Source: Dehalococcoidia bacterium (lineage in GTDB: Bacteria > Chloroflexota > Dehalococcoidia > UBA2979). Taken from it: a stretch of DNA of 64,000 bases. Positions within the stretch are counted from its first letter, which is position 1. Every line of letters starts with the position of its first letter. A program made the translations under genes and the position numbers. The notes beneath the pieces are model-generated. The model did not search any database, had not been told where the DNA came from, and worked only from the letters and a program-made list of their open reading frames with translations. Below are positions 46,660-58,673 of the stretch, piece by piece. The stretch is taken from NCBI GenBank assembly GCA_963667465.2, contig CAXXDN010000001.1, forward strand, positions 448,001 to 512,000. Direction: 5' to 3'.

Positions 46660-48756
46660 ATGTCACGCGAAACCCCGCTCGAGCGCGTTCGCAACATCGG
46701 CGTGATCGCGCACATCGACGCCGGCAAGACCACCGTCACGGAGCGCATCCTCTACTACACCGGGCGCACGCATCGCCTCGGTGAGACGCACGACGGCACC
46801 GCCGTGATGGACTTCATGGCGCAGGAGCGCGAGCGCGGCATCACCATCACCTCGGCGGCGACGACCGCCGAGTGGCGCGACCACCAGGTCAACATCATCG
46901 ACACACCCGGCCACGTCGACTTCACGGTCGAGGTCGAGCGCTCGCTGCGCGTGCTCGATGGCGGCGTCGTGGTCTTCGACGGCGTCGCCGGCGTGGAGCC
47001 GCAGTCGGAGACGGTCTGGCGTCAGGCCAACCGCTACGACGTGCCCCGCATCTGCTTCGTCAACAAGATGGACCGCACCGGCGCCGACTTCGATCGCACC
47101 GTCGAGATGATCGTCGACCGCCTCGGGGCGGTGCCCGTGCCGCTGCAGTTGCCGATGGGCGCGGAGGACGACTTCTCCGGCGTGGTCGACCTCGTCGAGA
47201 TGCGAGCGATCACCTTCGGTGGCGAGCGCGGCGAGGAGGTCTCGGTCGGCGAGGTCCCGGGCGCCTTCCAGGACGCGGCCCGCGAGGCCCGCGAGCTGAT
47301 GATCGAGCGCGTTGCCGAGAACGACGACCAGACGCTGGTCTCCTTCCTCGAAGGACACGAGATCGACGTGCCGGAGCTGCAGAAGGCGATCCGCCGCGCG
47401 ACGATCAGCAACGCGATCACGCCGGTGCTGGCCGGGGCCGCGCTGCGCAACCGTGGCGTGCAGCCGCTGCTGGACGCTGTCATCACGTACCTGCCTTCGC
47501 CGATCGACGTGCCGCCGGTGACCGCGCACGCGGTCGGCGACCCCGACACCACCGCCGAGCGGGCCGCCGACGACGGCGAGCCGCTGACGGCGCTCGCCTT
47601 CAAGGTCGTCGCCGACCCCTTCGTCGGCCGCCTCGTCTTCTTCCGCGTCTACTCGGGCGTGGTGCGCAGCGGCGAGCAGGTGAGCAACAGCACGCGCGGG
47701 CGTCGCGAGCGCTTCGGGCGGCTGCTGCGCATGCACGCCGACTCGCGCGAAGACATCCAGGAGGTCTATGCGGGCGAGATCGCCGCGGGTATCGGCCTCA
47801 AGGACACGTTCACCGGCGACACGCTCTGCGATCTGAAGCGGCCCGTCGCCCTTGAGGCGATCCGCTTCCCGACGCCCGTCATCTCGATTGCAATCGAGCC
47901 GCGCACGCGCAACGACCAGGATCGCCTCGGCGACGCCCTGCAGCGGCTTTCCGAGGAAGACCCGACCTTCCGCGTGCGCTACGACGATGAGACCGGCCAG
48001 ACGGTCATCTCCGGCATGGGTGAGCTGCACCTCGAGGTGCTCGTGGACCGCATGCGGCGCGAGTACCGTGTCGAGGCCAACGTCGGCCGTCCGCAGGTGG
48101 CCTACCGTGAGACGCTGACGCGCGCCCTGCGCGCCGAGGGGCGCTTCGTGCGCCAGACCGGCGGCCGCGGCCAGTACGGCCACTGCATCCTCGAGGTCGC
48201 CCCGCGCGATCCGGGCGCAGGCTTCAGCTTCGAGGACCGCACCGTCGGCGGCTCGATTCCGCGCGAGTACGTCCCGGCCGTCCGCCGCGGGGTCGAGCAG
48301 GCGCTCGCCAGCGGCGCGCGTGCCGGCTACCCGGTGGTCGATGTCGCGGTCGCCGTCGTCGACGGCTCGTACCACGACGTGGACTCCTCGGAGATCGCGT
48401 TCCAGACGGCCGGTTCGCTGGGCATGCGCCAGGCGCTCGATCGCGGTGGCTCGGTGCTGCTGGAGCCGGTGATGAAGATGGAAATCGTGACGCCGGAGGA
48501 CCACTTCGGCGACGTGCTCGGCGACATCGGTGGCCGGCGCGGGCAGGTGCTGGGCGCGGAGCCGCGAGGCAACGCGCACGTCATCCAGGCGCAGGCGCCG
48601 CTGGCCGAGACGTTCGGCTACGCCACGGACTTGCGCTCGCTGACGCAGGGTCGCGCGACGTACTCGATGGAGTTCGACCACTACGCGCCCGTGCCGGACG
48701 GGATCGTCGAGGAGATCACGGAGACGCGCGTCGCCCGCCGCGCAGCGGCGGGCTAG
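46660..48756 (+). CDS. fusA: Elongation factor G
   Basis: [31 protein letters not shown]. Confidence 0.98.
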   Translation: MSRETPLERVRNIGVIAHIDAGKTTVTERILYYTGRTHRLGETHDGTAVMDFMAQERERGITITSAATTAEWRDHQVNIIDTPGHVDFTVEVERSLRVLDGGVVVFDGVAGVEPQSETVWRQANRYDVPRICFVNKMDRTGADFDRTVEMIVDRLGAVPVPLQLPMGAEDDFSGVVDLVEMRAITFGGERGEEVSVGEVPGAFQDAAREARELMIERVAENDDQTLVSFLEGHEIDVPELQKAIRRATISNAITPVLAGAALRNRGVQPLLDAVITYLPSPIDVPPVTAHAVGDPDTTAERAADDGEPLTALAFKVVADPFVGRLVFFRVYSGVVRSGEQVSNSTRGRRERFGRLLRMHADSREDIQEVYAGEIAAGIGLKDTFTGDTLCDLKRPVALEAIRFPTPVISIAIEPRTRNDQDRLGDALQRLSEEDPTFRVRYDDETGQTVISGMGELHLEVLVDRMRREYRVEANVGRPQVAYRETLTRALRAEGRFVRQTGGRGQYGHCILEVAPRDPGAGFSFEDRTVGGSIPREYVPAVRRGVEQALASGARAGYPVVDVAVAVVDGSYHDVDSSEIAFQTAGSLGMRQALDRGGSVLLEPVMKMEIVTPEDHFGDVLGDIGGRRGQVLGAEPRGNAHVIQAQAPLAETFGYATDLRSLTQGRATYSMEFDHYAPVPDGIVEEITETRVARRAAAG

Positions 48757-48838
48757 GAACGCCCGCGAACGAGAGCGATCAGTCGCCGCCGGCCGGCAGG
48801 AAAGCCTGGGGGCGGCGGAGGGGAACGGGAGTCGAGGG

Positions 48839-50038
48839 ATGGCGCGAGGCAAGTTTGAGCGGACGAAGCCGCACGCGAACGTGGGCACGATTGGCCACGT
48901 CGACCACGGCAAGACGACGCTGACGGCGGCGATCACCAAGGTGCTCGCGCTCAAGGGCGAAGCTGAGTATCGCGAGTTCGACTCGATCGACAACGCGCCC
49001 GAGGAGAAGGCGCGCGGCATCACGATCGCGATCGCCCACGTCGAATACGAGACGGACGCGCGCCACTACGCGCACGTCGACTGTCCCGGGCACGCCGACT
49101 ACATCAAGAACATGATCACCGGCGCCGCCCAGATGGACGGCGCGATCCTCGTCGTCGCCGCCCCGGACGGCCCGATGCCGCAGACCCGCGAGCACCTGCT
49201 GCTGGCGCGCCAGGTCGAGGTTCCCGCCGTCGTCGTCTTCCTCAACAAGGTCGACATGATGGACGACGAGGAGCTGCTGGAGCTGGTCGAGCTGGAGATG
49301 CGCGAGCTGCTGGACGGCTACGAGTTCCCCGGCGACGAGGTGCCGATCATCCGTGGTTCGGCGCTGGCGGCGCTCGAGTCCGCCTCGACCGACCCGGACG
49401 CCGAGGAGTACAAGGCGATCTGGGAGCTGATGGAAGCGGTGGACAGTTACATCCCGCAGCCGGAGCGGCCCAAGGACCAGCCGTTCCTGATGCCGATCGA
49501 GGACGTCTTCGGGATCAAGGGTCGCGGCACGGTGGTGACGGGGCGCATCGAGCGCGGCGTCGTCAACGTGGGCGACCCGATCGAGATCGTGGGCATCAAG
49601 GAGACCGAGACCACGGTGGTGACCGGGGTCGAAATGTTCAAGAAGATTCTCGACACCGGCGAGGCGGGCGACAACGTCGGTTGTCTCTTGCGCGGCATCG
49701 AGCGCAGCGACATCGAGCGTGGTCAGGTGCTGGCCAAGCCGGGCAGCATCACGCCGCACCGCCGCTTCTCAGGCGAGGTCTACGTGCTCTCGAAGGAGGA
49801 GGGCGGCCGGCACACGCCGTTCTTCACCGGCTACCGGCCGCAGTTCTACGTGCGGACCACGGACGTGACGGGGGTGGTGACGCTGCCCGCGGGCACGGAG
49901 ATGGTGATGCCGGGCGACAACGTGACGGTCGACATCGAGCTGATCACGCCGATTGCGATCGAGGACGGCCTGCGCTTCGCCATTCGCGAGGGCGGCCGCA
50001 CCGTCGGCGCCGGCGTCGTCACCGGAATCAACGAGTAG
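48839..50038 (+). CDS. tuf: Elongation factor Tu
   Basis: [29 protein letters not shown]. Confidence 0.99.
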   Translation: MARGKFERTKPHANVGTIGHVDHGKTTLTAAITKVLALKGEAEYREFDSIDNAPEEKARGITIAIAHVEYETDARHYAHVDCPGHADYIKNMITGAAQMDGAILVVAAPDGPMPQTREHLLLARQVEVPAVVVFLNKVDMMDDEELLELVELEMRELLDGYEFPGDEVPIIRGSALAALESASTDPDAEEYKAIWELMEAVDSYIPQPERPKDQPFLMPIEDVFGIKGRGTVVTGRIERGVVNVGDPIEIVGIKETETTVVTGVEMFKKILDTGEAGDNVGCLLRGIERSDIERGQVLAKPGSITPHRRFSGEVYVLSKEEGGRHTPFFTGYRPQFYVRTTDVTGVVTLPAGTEMVMPGDNVTVDIELITPIAIEDGLRFAIREGGRTVGAGVVTGINE

Positions 50039-50074
50039 CAACCAGGAACGAGTCGCGAGGGCGCGGGGGACGCA

Positions 50075-50389
50075 GTGGTAAGTTCGCGACAACGGATCCG
50101 GATTCGGCTCAAGTCCTACGACCATCGCGTCCTGGACCGCTCCGCGAAGCAGATCGTGGAGACCGCCGAGCGCACCGGCGCCGCCGTCGCCGGCCCCGTG
50201 CCGCTGCCCACGCGCATTCGCAAGTACACGGTGATTCGCTCGCCGTTCATCGACAAGGACTCGCGGGATCAGTTCGAGATCCGTACGCACAAGCGGCTGA
50301 TCGACATCTTCGAACCGACCTCGCGCACGGTGGACACGCTGATGCGGCTGCAACTGCCGTCCGGCGTGGACATTGAAATCAAGCTGTAG
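50075..50389 (+). CDS. rpsJ: 30S ribosomal protein uS10
   Basis: [24 protein letters not shown]. Confidence 0.98.
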   Translation: MVSSRQRIRIRLKSYDHRVLDRSAKQIVETAERTGAAVAGPVPLPTRIRKYTVIRSPFIDKDSRDQFEIRTHKRLIDIFEPTSRTVDTLMRLQLPSGVDIEIKL

Positions 50390-50408
50390 CGGACGCGAGG
50401 ACGAACCA

Positions 50409-51248
50409 GTGATCCGCGGAATGCTCGGCCGCAAGCTCGGAATGCTGCGCCTCTACGATGGCGGCGGGCAGGTGCGCGCCGTAACCGTGATCGAGCTCGG
50501 CCCGAACCGCGTCACCCAGCTGCGCACGCTGGAGCGCGACGGCTACACGGCCGTCCAGGTTGGCTACGAAGGCAACCGCAAGCGGCTCAACCGGCCGTGG
50601 CGCGGCCACCTGCGCGAGGCCGGCCTTGAGGGCGAGACGCTGTCGCTGCTGCGCGAGTTTCCCGCCGACGACTCGTCTGCCCACCAGGCGGGCGATGTCG
50701 TCACCTGCGACCAGTTCGAGCCGGGCCAGTACGTGGACGTCTCCGGCGTCTCGAAGGGCCGTGGCTTCGCCGGCGGCGTCAAGCGCTGGGGCTTCCATGG
50801 CGGTCCGAAGACGCACGGCCAGTCCGACCGCCATCGCGCGCCCGGCTCGATCGGCGCGGGCACCACGCCCGGCAAGGTCTGGAAGGGCCAGAAGATGGCC
50901 GGGCATATGGGCGCGCGCAACACCTCCGTCCTCAACCTGCTCGTCGTCCAATCCGACCCGATCCGCAACCTGCTCTTCGTCGAGGGCTCCGTGCCCGGTC
51001 CCAACAAGGGCCTCGTCAGCGTCACTCCCGGCCGCAAGCCGGCGCGCAGCGACTTCGAGCCGCCCGAGCTGCCCGAACCGCCCGCGCTGGAGGTCGCCGA
51101 GCCCGAGGAGCCGGAGGAGACCGTGGCGGAGCTCGACGAGGAAGCAGCCGCTGAGGCAGCTGCGGACGAGAACGTCGCGGACGAGAAGGTCGCGGACGAG
51201 GCCGGGGACGACGCGGCGACCGAGGCGAGCGAAGAGGAGCAGGAGTGA
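50409..51248 (+). CDS. rplC: 50S ribosomal protein uL3 with acidic tail
   Basis: [28 protein letters not shown]. Confidence 0.97.
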   Translation: MIRGMLGRKLGMLRLYDGGGQVRAVTVIELGPNRVTQLRTLERDGYTAVQVGYEGNRKRLNRPWRGHLREAGLEGETLSLLREFPADDSSAHQAGDVVTCDQFEPGQYVDVSGVSKGRGFAGGVKRWGFHGGPKTHGQSDRHRAPGSIGAGTTPGKVWKGQKMAGHMGARNTSVLNLLVVQSDPIRNLLFVEGSVPGPNKGLVSVTPGRKPARSDFEPPELPEPPALEVAEPEEPEETVAELDEEAAAEAAADENVADEKVADEAGDDAATEASEEEQE

Positions 51249-51925
51249 TGGAACTCCCGGTCCGTAACGCCGCCGGTGACGCCCTCGACCCGATCGAGGT
51301 GGACGCCGCCGTGTTCGGGATCGAGCCCAACGAGGCAGTCGTGCACCAGACGCTGGTCGCCCAGCTCGCCGCCCGGCGGGGCGGGCACCACAGCACGAAA
51401 TCACGCGGCGAGGTCCGCGGGTCCACCGCGAAGATTCGCCGCCAGAAGGGCCTGGGCATGGCGCGCATGGGCTCCAACCGCTCGCCGATCCGGCGCGGCG
51501 GCGGCGTCGCCTTCGGGCCGAAGCCACGCTCCTACACCCAGCGCCTCCCGAAGCGGATGCGCCGCCTGGCGCTGCGCTCCGTGCTCTCCGCGCGCGTGCG
51601 CGACGAGCGCCTGCACGTGGTCGACGACATCACATTCGAGGCGCCCTCGACGCGGGCGGCGCGCGAGCTGCTGCAGGCGCTCGGCATCGAGCGCTCGGTG
51701 CTGATCGTGACCGGTGATGCGGATCGCACCGCGTTCCTCTCGGCGCGCAACCTGGCGGGTGCGGACCTGGTTCCCGCCGACGTGCTGAACGTCGCCGACC
51801 TGCTGGCGCACCACTCGGTGCTGCTCACGGTGGACGCCGTGCGCCGTGCCGAGGCGCTGTGGGGTGGCGAGCGCGCCTCGGGCCGCCCGGCGACACCGCC
51901 CGAGCCCGTGACGGTGGAGGCCTGA
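51248..51925 (+). CDS. rplD: 50S ribosomal protein uL4
   Basis: TKSRGEV, RQKGLG.AR, GGGVAFGPKPR. Confidence 0.97.
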   Translation: MELPVRNAAGDALDPIEVDAAVFGIEPNEAVVHQTLVAQLAARRGGHHSTKSRGEVRGSTAKIRRQKGLGMARMGSNRSPIRRGGGVAFGPKPRSYTQRLPKRMRRLALRSVLSARVRDERLHVVDDITFEAPSTRAARELLQALGIERSVLIVTGDADRTAFLSARNLAGADLVPADVLNVADLLAHHSVLLTVDAVRRAEALWGGERASGRPATPPEPVTVEA

Positions 51926-51927
51926 CG

Positions 51928-52224
51928 ATGCCGAAGGCGATCCATCCCTACCAGGTGCTGAAGCGCCCGATCATCACCGAGAAGTCGACAATGCTCGGCG
52001 CGCAGGGCCAGTACGTGTTCGAGGTGGATACGCGCGCCAACAAGCCGCAGATCGGCGAGGCCGTCGAGCGCGCCTTCGACGTCAACGTGCAGAAGGTGCG
52101 GACGATGATGGTGCGCGGACGCACGCGCCGCGTGGGCACGCGGGTCGTGCACCGCCCGGCCTGGAAAAAGGCGATCGTGACCCTCGCTGCCGGCGAGCAG
52201 ATCGAGTACTTCGAGGGGGTCTAG
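51928..52224 (+). CDS. rplW: 50S ribosomal protein uL23
   Basis: PIITEKS, ANK.QI, WKKAIVTL. Confidence 0.96.
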   Translation: MPKAIHPYQVLKRPIITEKSTMLGAQGQYVFEVDTRANKPQIGEAVERAFDVNVQKVRTMMVRGRTRRVGTRVVHRPAWKKAIVTLAAGEQIEYFEGV

Positions 52225-52227
52225 GCG

Positions 52228-53067
52228 ATGCCACTACGCAACTTCAAGCCGACCTCTCCGGGCCGCCGCAATTCGATGGGCTACACCTTCGGCGAGATCA
52301 CGAAGAAGAAGCCGGAGAAGAAGCTGCTCGCGACCAAGAAGCAGAAGGCGGGCCGCAACGCGCAGGGCCGCGTCACCGTCCGCCACCGCGGCGGCGGCCA
52401 CAAGCGCCGCGTTCGCATCATCGACTTCAAGCGCGACAAGGCCGGCGTGCCCGGCCGTGTCGCGGCGATCGAGTACGACCCCGGTCGCAGCGCGCGAATC
52501 GCACTGATCTTCTACGCCGACGGCGACAAGCGGTACATCGTTGCCCCGGACGGGCTGGCGGTGGACGACACGATCGTCGCCGGCTCCGGGTCGCCGATCA
52601 GCCCCGGCAACACGCTCCCGCTGCATGAGATCCCGCCGGGCACGATGGTGCACAACGTGGAGCTGCAGCCCGGCCGGGGCGGCCAACTGGGCCGCTCGGC
52701 GGGGACCGGCATCCAGGTGATGGCGCGCGACAGCGGCTACGTGCTGCTGCGCCTGCCCTCGGGCGAGATGCGGCAGGTGCTGGAGCGCTGCCATGCGACA
52801 ATCGGGACCGTCGGCAACCCGGAGCACGCGCTGATCAAGCTCGGCAAGGCAGGGCGCAACCGCCACCGCGGCCGCCGCCCGCAGGTGCGTGGCTCGGTCA
52901 TGAATCCCGTTGATCACCCGCACGGTGGCGGCGAGGGCAAGTCGCCGATCGGGCTGCCCGGCCCGAAGACGCCGTGGGGCAAACCGGCGCTCGGCTACCG
53001 CACGCGCCGCAACAAGCGCACCGACCGCTTCATCGTGCGGCGGCGCACCCGAGGGCGGAGGCGCTAG
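52228..53067 (+). CDS. rplB: 50S ribosomal protein uL2
   Basis: [27 protein letters not shown]. Confidence 0.98.
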   Translation: MPLRNFKPTSPGRRNSMGYTFGEITKKKPEKKLLATKKQKAGRNAQGRVTVRHRGGGHKRRVRIIDFKRDKAGVPGRVAAIEYDPGRSARIALIFYADGDKRYIVAPDGLAVDDTIVAGSGSPISPGNTLPLHEIPPGTMVHNVELQPGRGGQLGRSAGTGIQVMARDSGYVLLRLPSGEMRQVLERCHATIGTVGNPEHALIKLGKAGRNRHRGRRPQVRGSVMNPVDHPHGGGEGKSPIGLPGPKTPWGKPALGYRTRRNKRTDRFIVRRRTRGRRR

Positions 53068-53069
53068 CG

Positions 53070-53354
53070 ATGTCACGATCGACGAAGAAGGGGCCGTACA
53101 TCCACCCCAAGCTCCTGAAGCAGGTGGAGGCCGCCCAGCGTTCGCAGAGCAAGCAGGTGATCCGCACCTGGTCGCGCGCCTCGACGATCATGCCGGAGAT
53201 GGTCGGCCTGACCATCGCCGTGCACGACGGCCGCCGCCACGTGCCGGTCTTCTGCACGGAGAACATGGTGGGCCACAAGCTCGGCGAGTTCGCCTTCACC
53301 CGCACGTTCCGCGGCCACCGCGGCCGCAGCGAGCAGACCTCGAGGGCGCGGTGA
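53070..53354 (+). CDS. rpsS: 30S ribosomal protein uS19
   Basis: [19 protein letters not shown]. Confidence 0.97.
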   Translation: MSRSTKKGPYIHPKLLKQVEAAQRSQSKQVIRTWSRASTIMPEMVGLTIAVHDGRRHVPVFCTENMVGHKLGEFAFTRTFRGHRGRSEQTSRAR

Positions 53355-53695
53355 TGGAAGTCCGGGCGATCCACCGCGATGCGAAAGTGTCGCCGCGCAA
53401 GGTGCGGCTGGTGCTGGAGTTGATCCGCGGCAAGTCCGCGACCGAGGCGCTGACGCTGCTGGAGTTCCTCCCGCAACCGTCCGCGCGGGTGGTCTGGAAG
53501 ACGGTGAAGTCCGCGATGGCCAACGCCGAGAACAACTTCAACCTCAACCCGGACGCGCTGGTGATCAAGCGTGCGGACGCCGGCGACGCGCGCACGCTGC
53601 GCCGCTACAAGGCACGCTCGCGCGGGCGCGTCGCCCCGCGCCTCAAGCGCTACAGCCATATCGAGATCGTCGTAGACGGTGACGAGGTGTTCTGA
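53354..53695 (+). CDS. rplV: 50S ribosomal protein uL22
   Basis: SPRKVRLV, SAMANAENN, RSRGR. Confidence 0.96.
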   Translation: MEVRAIHRDAKVSPRKVRLVLELIRGKSATEALTLLEFLPQPSARVVWKTVKSAMANAENNFNLNPDALVIKRADAGDARTLRRYKARSRGRVAPRLKRYSHIEIVVDGDEVF

Positions 53696-54363
53696 TGGGT
53701 CGCAAGGTTCACCCCTACGGCTTCCGCGTCGGCGTGACCAAGCACTGGCAGGCGCGCTGGTTCAGCGAGCGCGACTACTCCGTGCTGGTCCACGAGGACC
53801 TGCGGATGCGCCGCATCGTGCTCGACAGCCTGCCCGACGCCGGCATCTCCGAGATCACGATCGACCGCAACGCGAACCAGCTGACGCTGACCGTGCAGAC
53901 CGCCAAGCCGGGCATCGTGATCGGCCGTGGTGGCGCCAACGTGGAGCAACTGCGGAACGCCCTGGAGCGGGCGACCGATCGCCGCGTGCGGCTGAACATC
54001 GAGGAGATCCGCGTCCCGGAGATGGACGCCTTCCTCGTCGCCCGCTCGGTGGCGGACCAGCTGGAGCGCCGCGTGGCGTTCCGGCGCGCGATGAAGCAGT
54101 CCCTGCAGCGCACCATGTCGAGGGGCGCGCTGGGCTGCAAGATCAAGATCGGCGGGCGCCTCGGCGGCGCCGAGATGTCCCGCTCCGAGTACGAGATGCA
54201 GGGCCGCGTGCCGCTGCACACGTTGCGCGCGGACATCGACTACGGCCTGGCCGAGGCGCGGACGACGTTCGGCGTGATCGGCGTGAAGTGCTGGATCTAC
54301 AAGGGCGAGATCACGCCGGAGCGCTCGCCCTTCGTCCTCGCCGGCAGCGACGAGGCGGAGTAG
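53695..54363 (+). CDS. rpsC: 30S ribosomal protein uS3
   Basis: [31 protein letters not shown]. Confidence 0.98.
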   Translation: MGRKVHPYGFRVGVTKHWQARWFSERDYSVLVHEDLRMRRIVLDSLPDAGISEITIDRNANQLTLTVQTAKPGIVIGRGGANVEQLRNALERATDRRVRLNIEEIRVPEMDAFLVARSVADQLERRVAFRRAMKQSLQRTMSRGALGCKIKIGGRLGGAEMSRSEYEMQGRVPLHTLRADIDYGLAEARTTFGVIGVKCWIYKGEITPERSPFVLAGSDEAE

Positions 54364-54367
54364 CGCG

Positions 54368-54781
54368 ATGTTGATGCCTCGCCGCGTCCGTTATCGCAAG
54401 CAGCATCGTGGCAAGCGCCGCGGCATGGCGCACACGGGCAACTTCGTGGCGTTCGGCGAGTGGGGCCTGCAGGCGCAGACTACGGGCTGGGTCGACGCCC
54501 GCCAGATCGAGGCGGCGCGACGTGCGATCACCGGGTCGCTGCGGCGCGGCGGCAAGGTCTGGATCCGCGTCTTCCCGGACAAGCCCGTCACCAAGAAGCC
54601 GGTCGAGACGCGCATGGGCAAGGGCAAGGGCGCGCCCGACCACTGGGTCGCCGTCGTCAAGCGCGGCCGCGTGATGTTCGAGGTCGCCGGCGTGCCCGAG
54701 GACGCGGTCCGCGAGGCCTTCCGGCGCGCCCACCACAAGCTGTCCGTCAAGACGAAGATGATCCCTCGCGAGGAAATGTGA
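54368..54781 (+). CDS. rplP: 50S ribosomal protein uL16
   Basis: QIEAAR, RVFPDKP, RMGKGKG. Confidence 0.98.
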   Translation: MLMPRRVRYRKQHRGKRRGMAHTGNFVAFGEWGLQAQTTGWVDARQIEAARRAITGSLRRGGKVWIRVFPDKPVTKKPVETRMGKGKGAPDHWVAVVKRGRVMFEVAGVPEDAVREAFRRAHHKLSVKTKMIPREEM

Positions 54782-55047
54782 TGAGCGCGCAGGAAACCAC
54801 CGATCTGCGGGCGCTGCCCTCGGACGAGCTCCAGCAGGAGCTCGACGAGAGCCTGCGCGCGCTCTTCAACCTGCGCTTCCAGGCCGCGACGCGACAGCTC
54901 GCCGACGTCTCGCAGGTGCGCCGGGCGAGGCGCCGCGTCGCACGCGTGCGGACGCTGCTGCGCGAGCGCGAGATCCTGGCCGCGATCGCCGGGAACGGCG
55001 AGGCGCCCGAGAGCGACGCCGATGCCGATGAAGGAGAGCGGGAGTAA
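54781..55047 (+). CDS. rpmC: 50S ribosomal protein uL29 with acidic tail
   Basis: LFNLRFQAAT.QL...RR.VARVRT; translated by hand, not in the ORF track. Confidence 0.93.
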   Translation: MSAQETTDLRALPSDELQQELDESLRALFNLRFQAATRQLADVSQVRRARRRVARVRTLLREREILAAIAGNGEAPESDADADEGERE

Positions 55048-55050
55048 GCC

Positions 55051-55815
55051 GTGGTTCAGGCCGAACAGGCAGTTGAGCGCAAGGTGAACCGCAAGAGGCG
55101 GAGCGGCGTCGTGGTTGCGCACGGCAACGACAAGACTGTGGTTGTCGCTGTCGGCTCCGCGGCTCGGCACCGCCTCTACGGCAAGGTGATCCGGCGCACC
55201 AAGCGCTACCCCGTGCACGACCCGGAGAACGTCGCCACCACGGGCGACCTCGTGGTGATCGAGGAGTGCCGGCCGATCAGCAAGACGAAGCGCTGGCGGC
55301 TGGTGGAGGTGATCACCGAGCGCGAGGTCGCCGAGGTCGCGCCAGAGTCGATCGACGAGGCGCTGGTCGACGAGATGCAGCGCACCGCCTCTCGCGCCGC
55401 CGCCGAGGCCGAGACCGAGGAGCCCGCGGCGGAAGCCGAGACCGAAGCGCCTGCGGCGGAGGCCGAGACCGAGGAGCCCGCGGCGGAAGCCGAGACCGAA
55501 GCGCCTGCGGCGGAAGCCGAGACCGAAGCGCCCGCGGCGGAAGCCGAGACCGAGGAGCCCGCGGCGGAAGCCGAGACCGAAGCGCCTGCGGCGGAAGCCG
55601 AGACCGAAGAGCCTGCGGCGGAAGCCGAGACCGAAGCGCCTGCGGCGGAAGCCGAGACCGAAGCGCCTGCGGCGGAAGCCGAGACCGAGGAGCCCGCGGC
55701 GGAAGCCGAGACCGAAGAGCCCGCGGCGGAAGCCGAGACTGCAGCGCCCACCGCGGAAGCGGAGGCGGAGGCTGAAGCAGACGAAGAGAAGACCGAGGAG
55801 TCCGCAGCGCAATGA
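55051..55815 (+). CDS. rpsQ: 30S ribosomal protein uS17 with tandem-repeat acidic tail
   Basis: [28 protein letters not shown]. Confidence 0.96.
   Translation: MVQAEQAVERKVNRKRRSGVVVAHGNDKTVVVAVGSAARHRLYGKVIRRTKRYPVHDPENVATTGDLVVIEECRPISKTKRWRLVEVITEREVAEVAPESIDEALVDEMQRTASRAAAEAETEEPAAEAETEAPAAEAETEEPAAEAETEAPAAEAETEAPAAEAETEEPAAEAETEAPAAEAETEEPAAEAETEAPAAEAETEAPAAEAETEEPAAEAETEEPAAEAETAAPTAEAEAEAEADEEKTEESAAQ
55402..55752 (+). repeat. 27-bp in-frame tandem repeat, 12 copies plus 1 degenerate
   Basis: Encodes AEAETE(E/A)PA repeats. Confidence 0.95.
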
Positions 55816-56183
55816 TCCAGCAGGAAAGCAGGGTCAAGGTCGCCGACAACTCGGGCGCGCGCGAGCTGCTCTGCATCCGCGTGCTCGGCGGCAGCGGCCG
55901 GCGCTACGCGCGCGTCGGCGACGTGATCGTCGCCACCGTGAAGGAAGCGCAGCCGAACAGCCCGGTGCCCAAGGGCGAGGTGGTGATGGCCGTGATCGTG
56001 CGCACTGCCAAGCCGTTCCAGCGCCCCGACGGCTCCTCGATCCGCTTCGACGAGAACGCGGCCGTGGTGCTCGCAGACCGCGACGGCAACCCGCGCGGGA
56101 CGCGCATCTCCGGGCCGGTCGCCCGCGAGCTGCGCGACCGCCAGTTCATGCGCATCGTCTCGCTTGCCCCGGAGGTGCTGTGA
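55812..56183 (+). CDS. rplN: 50S ribosomal protein uL14
   Basis: VADNSGA, FDENA, GTRI.GPVAREL. Confidence 0.98.
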   Translation: MIQQESRVKVADNSGARELLCIRVLGGSGRRYARVGDVIVATVKEAQPNSPVPKGEVVMAVIVRTAKPFQRPDGSSIRFDENAAVVLADRDGNPRGTRISGPVARELRDRQFMRIVSLAPEVL

Positions 56184-56500
56184 TGGCCTCCAGGATCCGC
56201 CGCCGCGACACGGTGCAGGTGCAAACCGGCAAGGACCGCGGCCGGCGCGGCGAGGTGCGCCAGGTGCTGCGCGGCGCGCAGCGCGTGATCGTCACCGGCG
56301 CGAACATGGTCAAGAAGCACCGCCGCTCGCGCAGCCCCACCGCCCCATCCGAGATTCTCGAGGTGGAGGCGCCCCTGCACATCTCCAACGTGGCGCTGGT
56401 CTGCGGCGGTTGCGACGAGCCGACGCGCGTCGGCTTCCGCGTGCTCGGCGACGGCCGCAAGGTCCGCTACTGCAAGTCCTGCGACGAGGCGATCGACTGA
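56183..56500 (+). CDS. rplX: 50S ribosomal protein uL24
   Basis: [16 protein letters not shown]; CxxC...CxxC variant. Confidence 0.96.
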   Translation: MASRIRRRDTVQVQTGKDRGRRGEVRQVLRGAQRVIVTGANMVKKHRRSRSPTAPSEILEVEAPLHISNVALVCGGCDEPTRVGFRVLGDGRKVRYCKSCDEAID

Positions 56501-57066
56501 TGAGTGAACAGAGCAACGGCTACACGCCCCGGCTGCTGACCCGCTACCAGCAGGAGGTGCATGACGCGCTGATGCGTGAGTTCAGCTACGGCAACCCGAT
56601 GCAGGCGCCGACGCTGGAGAAGATCAACGTCAACATCGGGCTTGGCGAAGCCCTCGACAACGCTCGCGCGATCGAGACGGCGAGCGCGGACCTGAAGGCG
56701 ATCACCGGCCAGCAGCCGGTGGTCACGAGGGCGAAGCGCGCGGTCTCCAACTTCCGGCTGCGCGCCGGCAACCCAATCGGGCTGAAGCTGACGCTGCGCG
56801 GCGTGCGGATGTGGGAGTTCTACGACCGCCTGGTGAACATCGCGCTGCCGCGCGTGCGCGACTTCCGGGGCGTCCCGGAGCACTCCTTCGATGGGCGCGG
56901 CAACTTCGCGCTCGGGATTCGCGAGCAGATGATCTTCCCGGAGATCAACTACGACAGTGTCGATCGCGTGCGCGGGCTGCAGGTCAACATCATCACCAGC
57001 GCGCGCAACGACGAAGAAGGCAAACGGCTGCTGGAACTACTCGGCATGCCGTTCAGGCGGACGTAG
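56500..57066 (+). CDS. rplE: 50S ribosomal protein uL5
   Basis: [26 protein letters not shown]. Confidence 0.97.
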   Translation: MSEQSNGYTPRLLTRYQQEVHDALMREFSYGNPMQAPTLEKINVNIGLGEALDNARAIETASADLKAITGQQPVVTRAKRAVSNFRLRAGNPIGLKLTLRGVRMWEFYDRLVNIALPRVRDFRGVPEHSFDGRGNFALGIREQMIFPEINYDSVDRVRGLQVNIITSARNDEEGKRLLELLGMPFRRT

Positions 57067-57083
57067 GCAGCGAGGACGGGATC

Positions 57084-57287
57084 ATGGCGCGAAAATCGCT
57101 GATCGCAAAGGCTCAGCGCGAGCCGAAGTTCTCAGCACGGAAGGTCAACCGCTGCCCCGTGGTGTGGCGCTCGCGGCCGTGCGGCCGCGCCCGCGGCTAT
57201 ATGCGCCGCTTCGAGATGTGCCGCATCTGTTTCCGCACTCTCGCCAACCAGGGGAAACTCCCCGGCGTCCGGAAGTCATCGTGGTAG
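57084..57287 (+). CDS. rpsN: 30S ribosomal protein uS14, type Z
   Basis: NRC...[24 protein letters not shown]. Confidence 0.95.
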   Translation: MARKSLIAKAQREPKFSARKVNRCPVVWRSRPCGRARGYMRRFEMCRICFRTLANQGKLPGVRKSSW

Positions 57288-57327
57288 CCGGGACGCCGGA
57301 ACAGCAACAGGGAGGGAGCACGAGCGC

Positions 57328-57726
57328 ATGAGCATGTCCGATCCGCTCGCCGACATGTGCACCCGCATTCGCAACGGCGTCATGGCGAAGCACGAGAGCG
57401 TGCGCGTCCCCGCCTCCAAGGTGAAGCGGGCGATCGCCGAGGTGCTCCAGTCCGAGGGCTTCATCGCGGGCTACTCGGAGGAGCAGGACGGCAGCCGCAG
57501 CTACCTGCGGCTGCGCCTGAACTACGTGAGCGACCAGCAGGCCGCGATCGGCGGCATCCGCCGCGTTTCGCGGCCGGGGCTGCGCGTCTACGTGAACAAG
57601 CGCGAGATCCCGCGCGTCTACGGCGGACTCGGCGTGGCGATCATGAGCACCTCCAGCGGCGTGATGACCGGCCAGGAAGCCTGGCGTCGCAACGTCGGTG
57701 GCGAAGTGCTCTGCTACGTCTGGTAG
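57328..57726 (+). CDS. rpsH: 30S ribosomal protein uS8
   Basis: DP.ADM.TRIRN, SRPGLRVY, GGEVLCYVW. Confidence 0.98.
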   Translation: MSMSDPLADMCTRIRNGVMAKHESVRVPASKVKRAIAEVLQSEGFIAGYSEEQDGSRSYLRLRLNYVSDQQAAIGGIRRVSRPGLRVYVNKREIPRVYGGLGVAIMSTSSGVMTGQEAWRRNVGGEVLCYVW

Positions 57727-57750
57727 CGGCGAGAAACGAGGAGTAGCGAG

Positions 57751-58284
57751 ATGTCTCGCGTCGGCAAGGCGCCGGTCCCGATCCCCGATGGCGTCGAGGT
57801 GACCCTCGACGCCGGCCGCTGCCACGTGCGCGGCCCCCGGGGCGATCTGCAACAGCAGCTGCGCACGGAGCTGGACGTGCGGATCGAGGACGGCGTGCTG
57901 ACCGTGCACCGGCCCTCGGACACGCCCACGCACCGCGCGCTGCACGGGCTGACGCGCGCCCTGATCCACAACATGGTCGTCGGCGTCACCGAGGGCTTCC
58001 GCAAGACCCTCGAGATCCACGGCACCGGCTACCGCGCCGAGCTGCGCGGCGACTCGCTGGTGCTCAACGTCGGCTTCTCCCACCAGGTCCAGCTGGACCC
58101 GATCGAGGGCGCGACCTTCGAGGTGGAGACGCCGACCGTCGTGCACATCGACGGCATCGACAAGCAGATCGTCGGCCAACAGGCCGCCCTCGTGCGCCGC
58201 GTGCGGCCGCCCGAGCCCTACCAGGGCAAGGGCATCCGCTACCGCGGCGAGCAGGTGCGCCGCAAGGCCGGCAAGCGGACCTAG
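57751..58284 (+). CDS. rplF: 50S ribosomal protein uL6
   Basis: [29 protein letters not shown]. Confidence 0.98.
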   Translation: MSRVGKAPVPIPDGVEVTLDAGRCHVRGPRGDLQQQLRTELDVRIEDGVLTVHRPSDTPTHRALHGLTRALIHNMVVGVTEGFRKTLEIHGTGYRAELRGDSLVLNVGFSHQVQLDPIEGATFEVETPTVVHIDGIDKQIVGQQAALVRRVRPPEPYQGKGIRYRGEQVRRKAGKRT

Positions 58285-58304
58285 GACGAGGCGGGGAAGC
58301 AGCG

Positions 58305-58673
58305 ATGGGCAGCGAGCAAGACACACGGCGAGCCGCGCGCCTGCGCCGCCACCGGCGCCTGCGCAAGCGCGTCCACGGCGTGCCGGAGCGGCCGCGACTC
58401 TGCGTCTACCGCTCCGCTCGCTACATCTACGCGCAACTGATCGACGACGAGACCGGGCGCACGCTGGTGCAGGCTTCCGACCTGGAGCCGTCGCTGCGCG
58501 AGGGCGGCGGCGAGACGAAGGTCACGCGCGCGCGCGCCGTCGGCGAACTGGTCGCGAAGCGCGCCCGCGAAGCCGGGCACGAGGCCGTGGTCTTCGACCG
58601 CGGCGGATTCGCCTACAAGGGACGGGTGCGCGCACTGGCCGAGGCCGCGCGCGAGGAAGGCCTGGTCTTCTGA
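58305..58673 (+). CDS. rplR: 50S ribosomal protein uL18
   Basis: [25 protein letters not shown]. Confidence 0.97.
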   Translation: MGSEQDTRRAARLRRHRRLRKRVHGVPERPRLCVYRSARYIYAQLIDDETGRTLVQASDLEPSLREGGGETKVTRARAVGELVAKRAREAGHEAVVFDRGGFAYKGRVRALAEAAREEGLVF

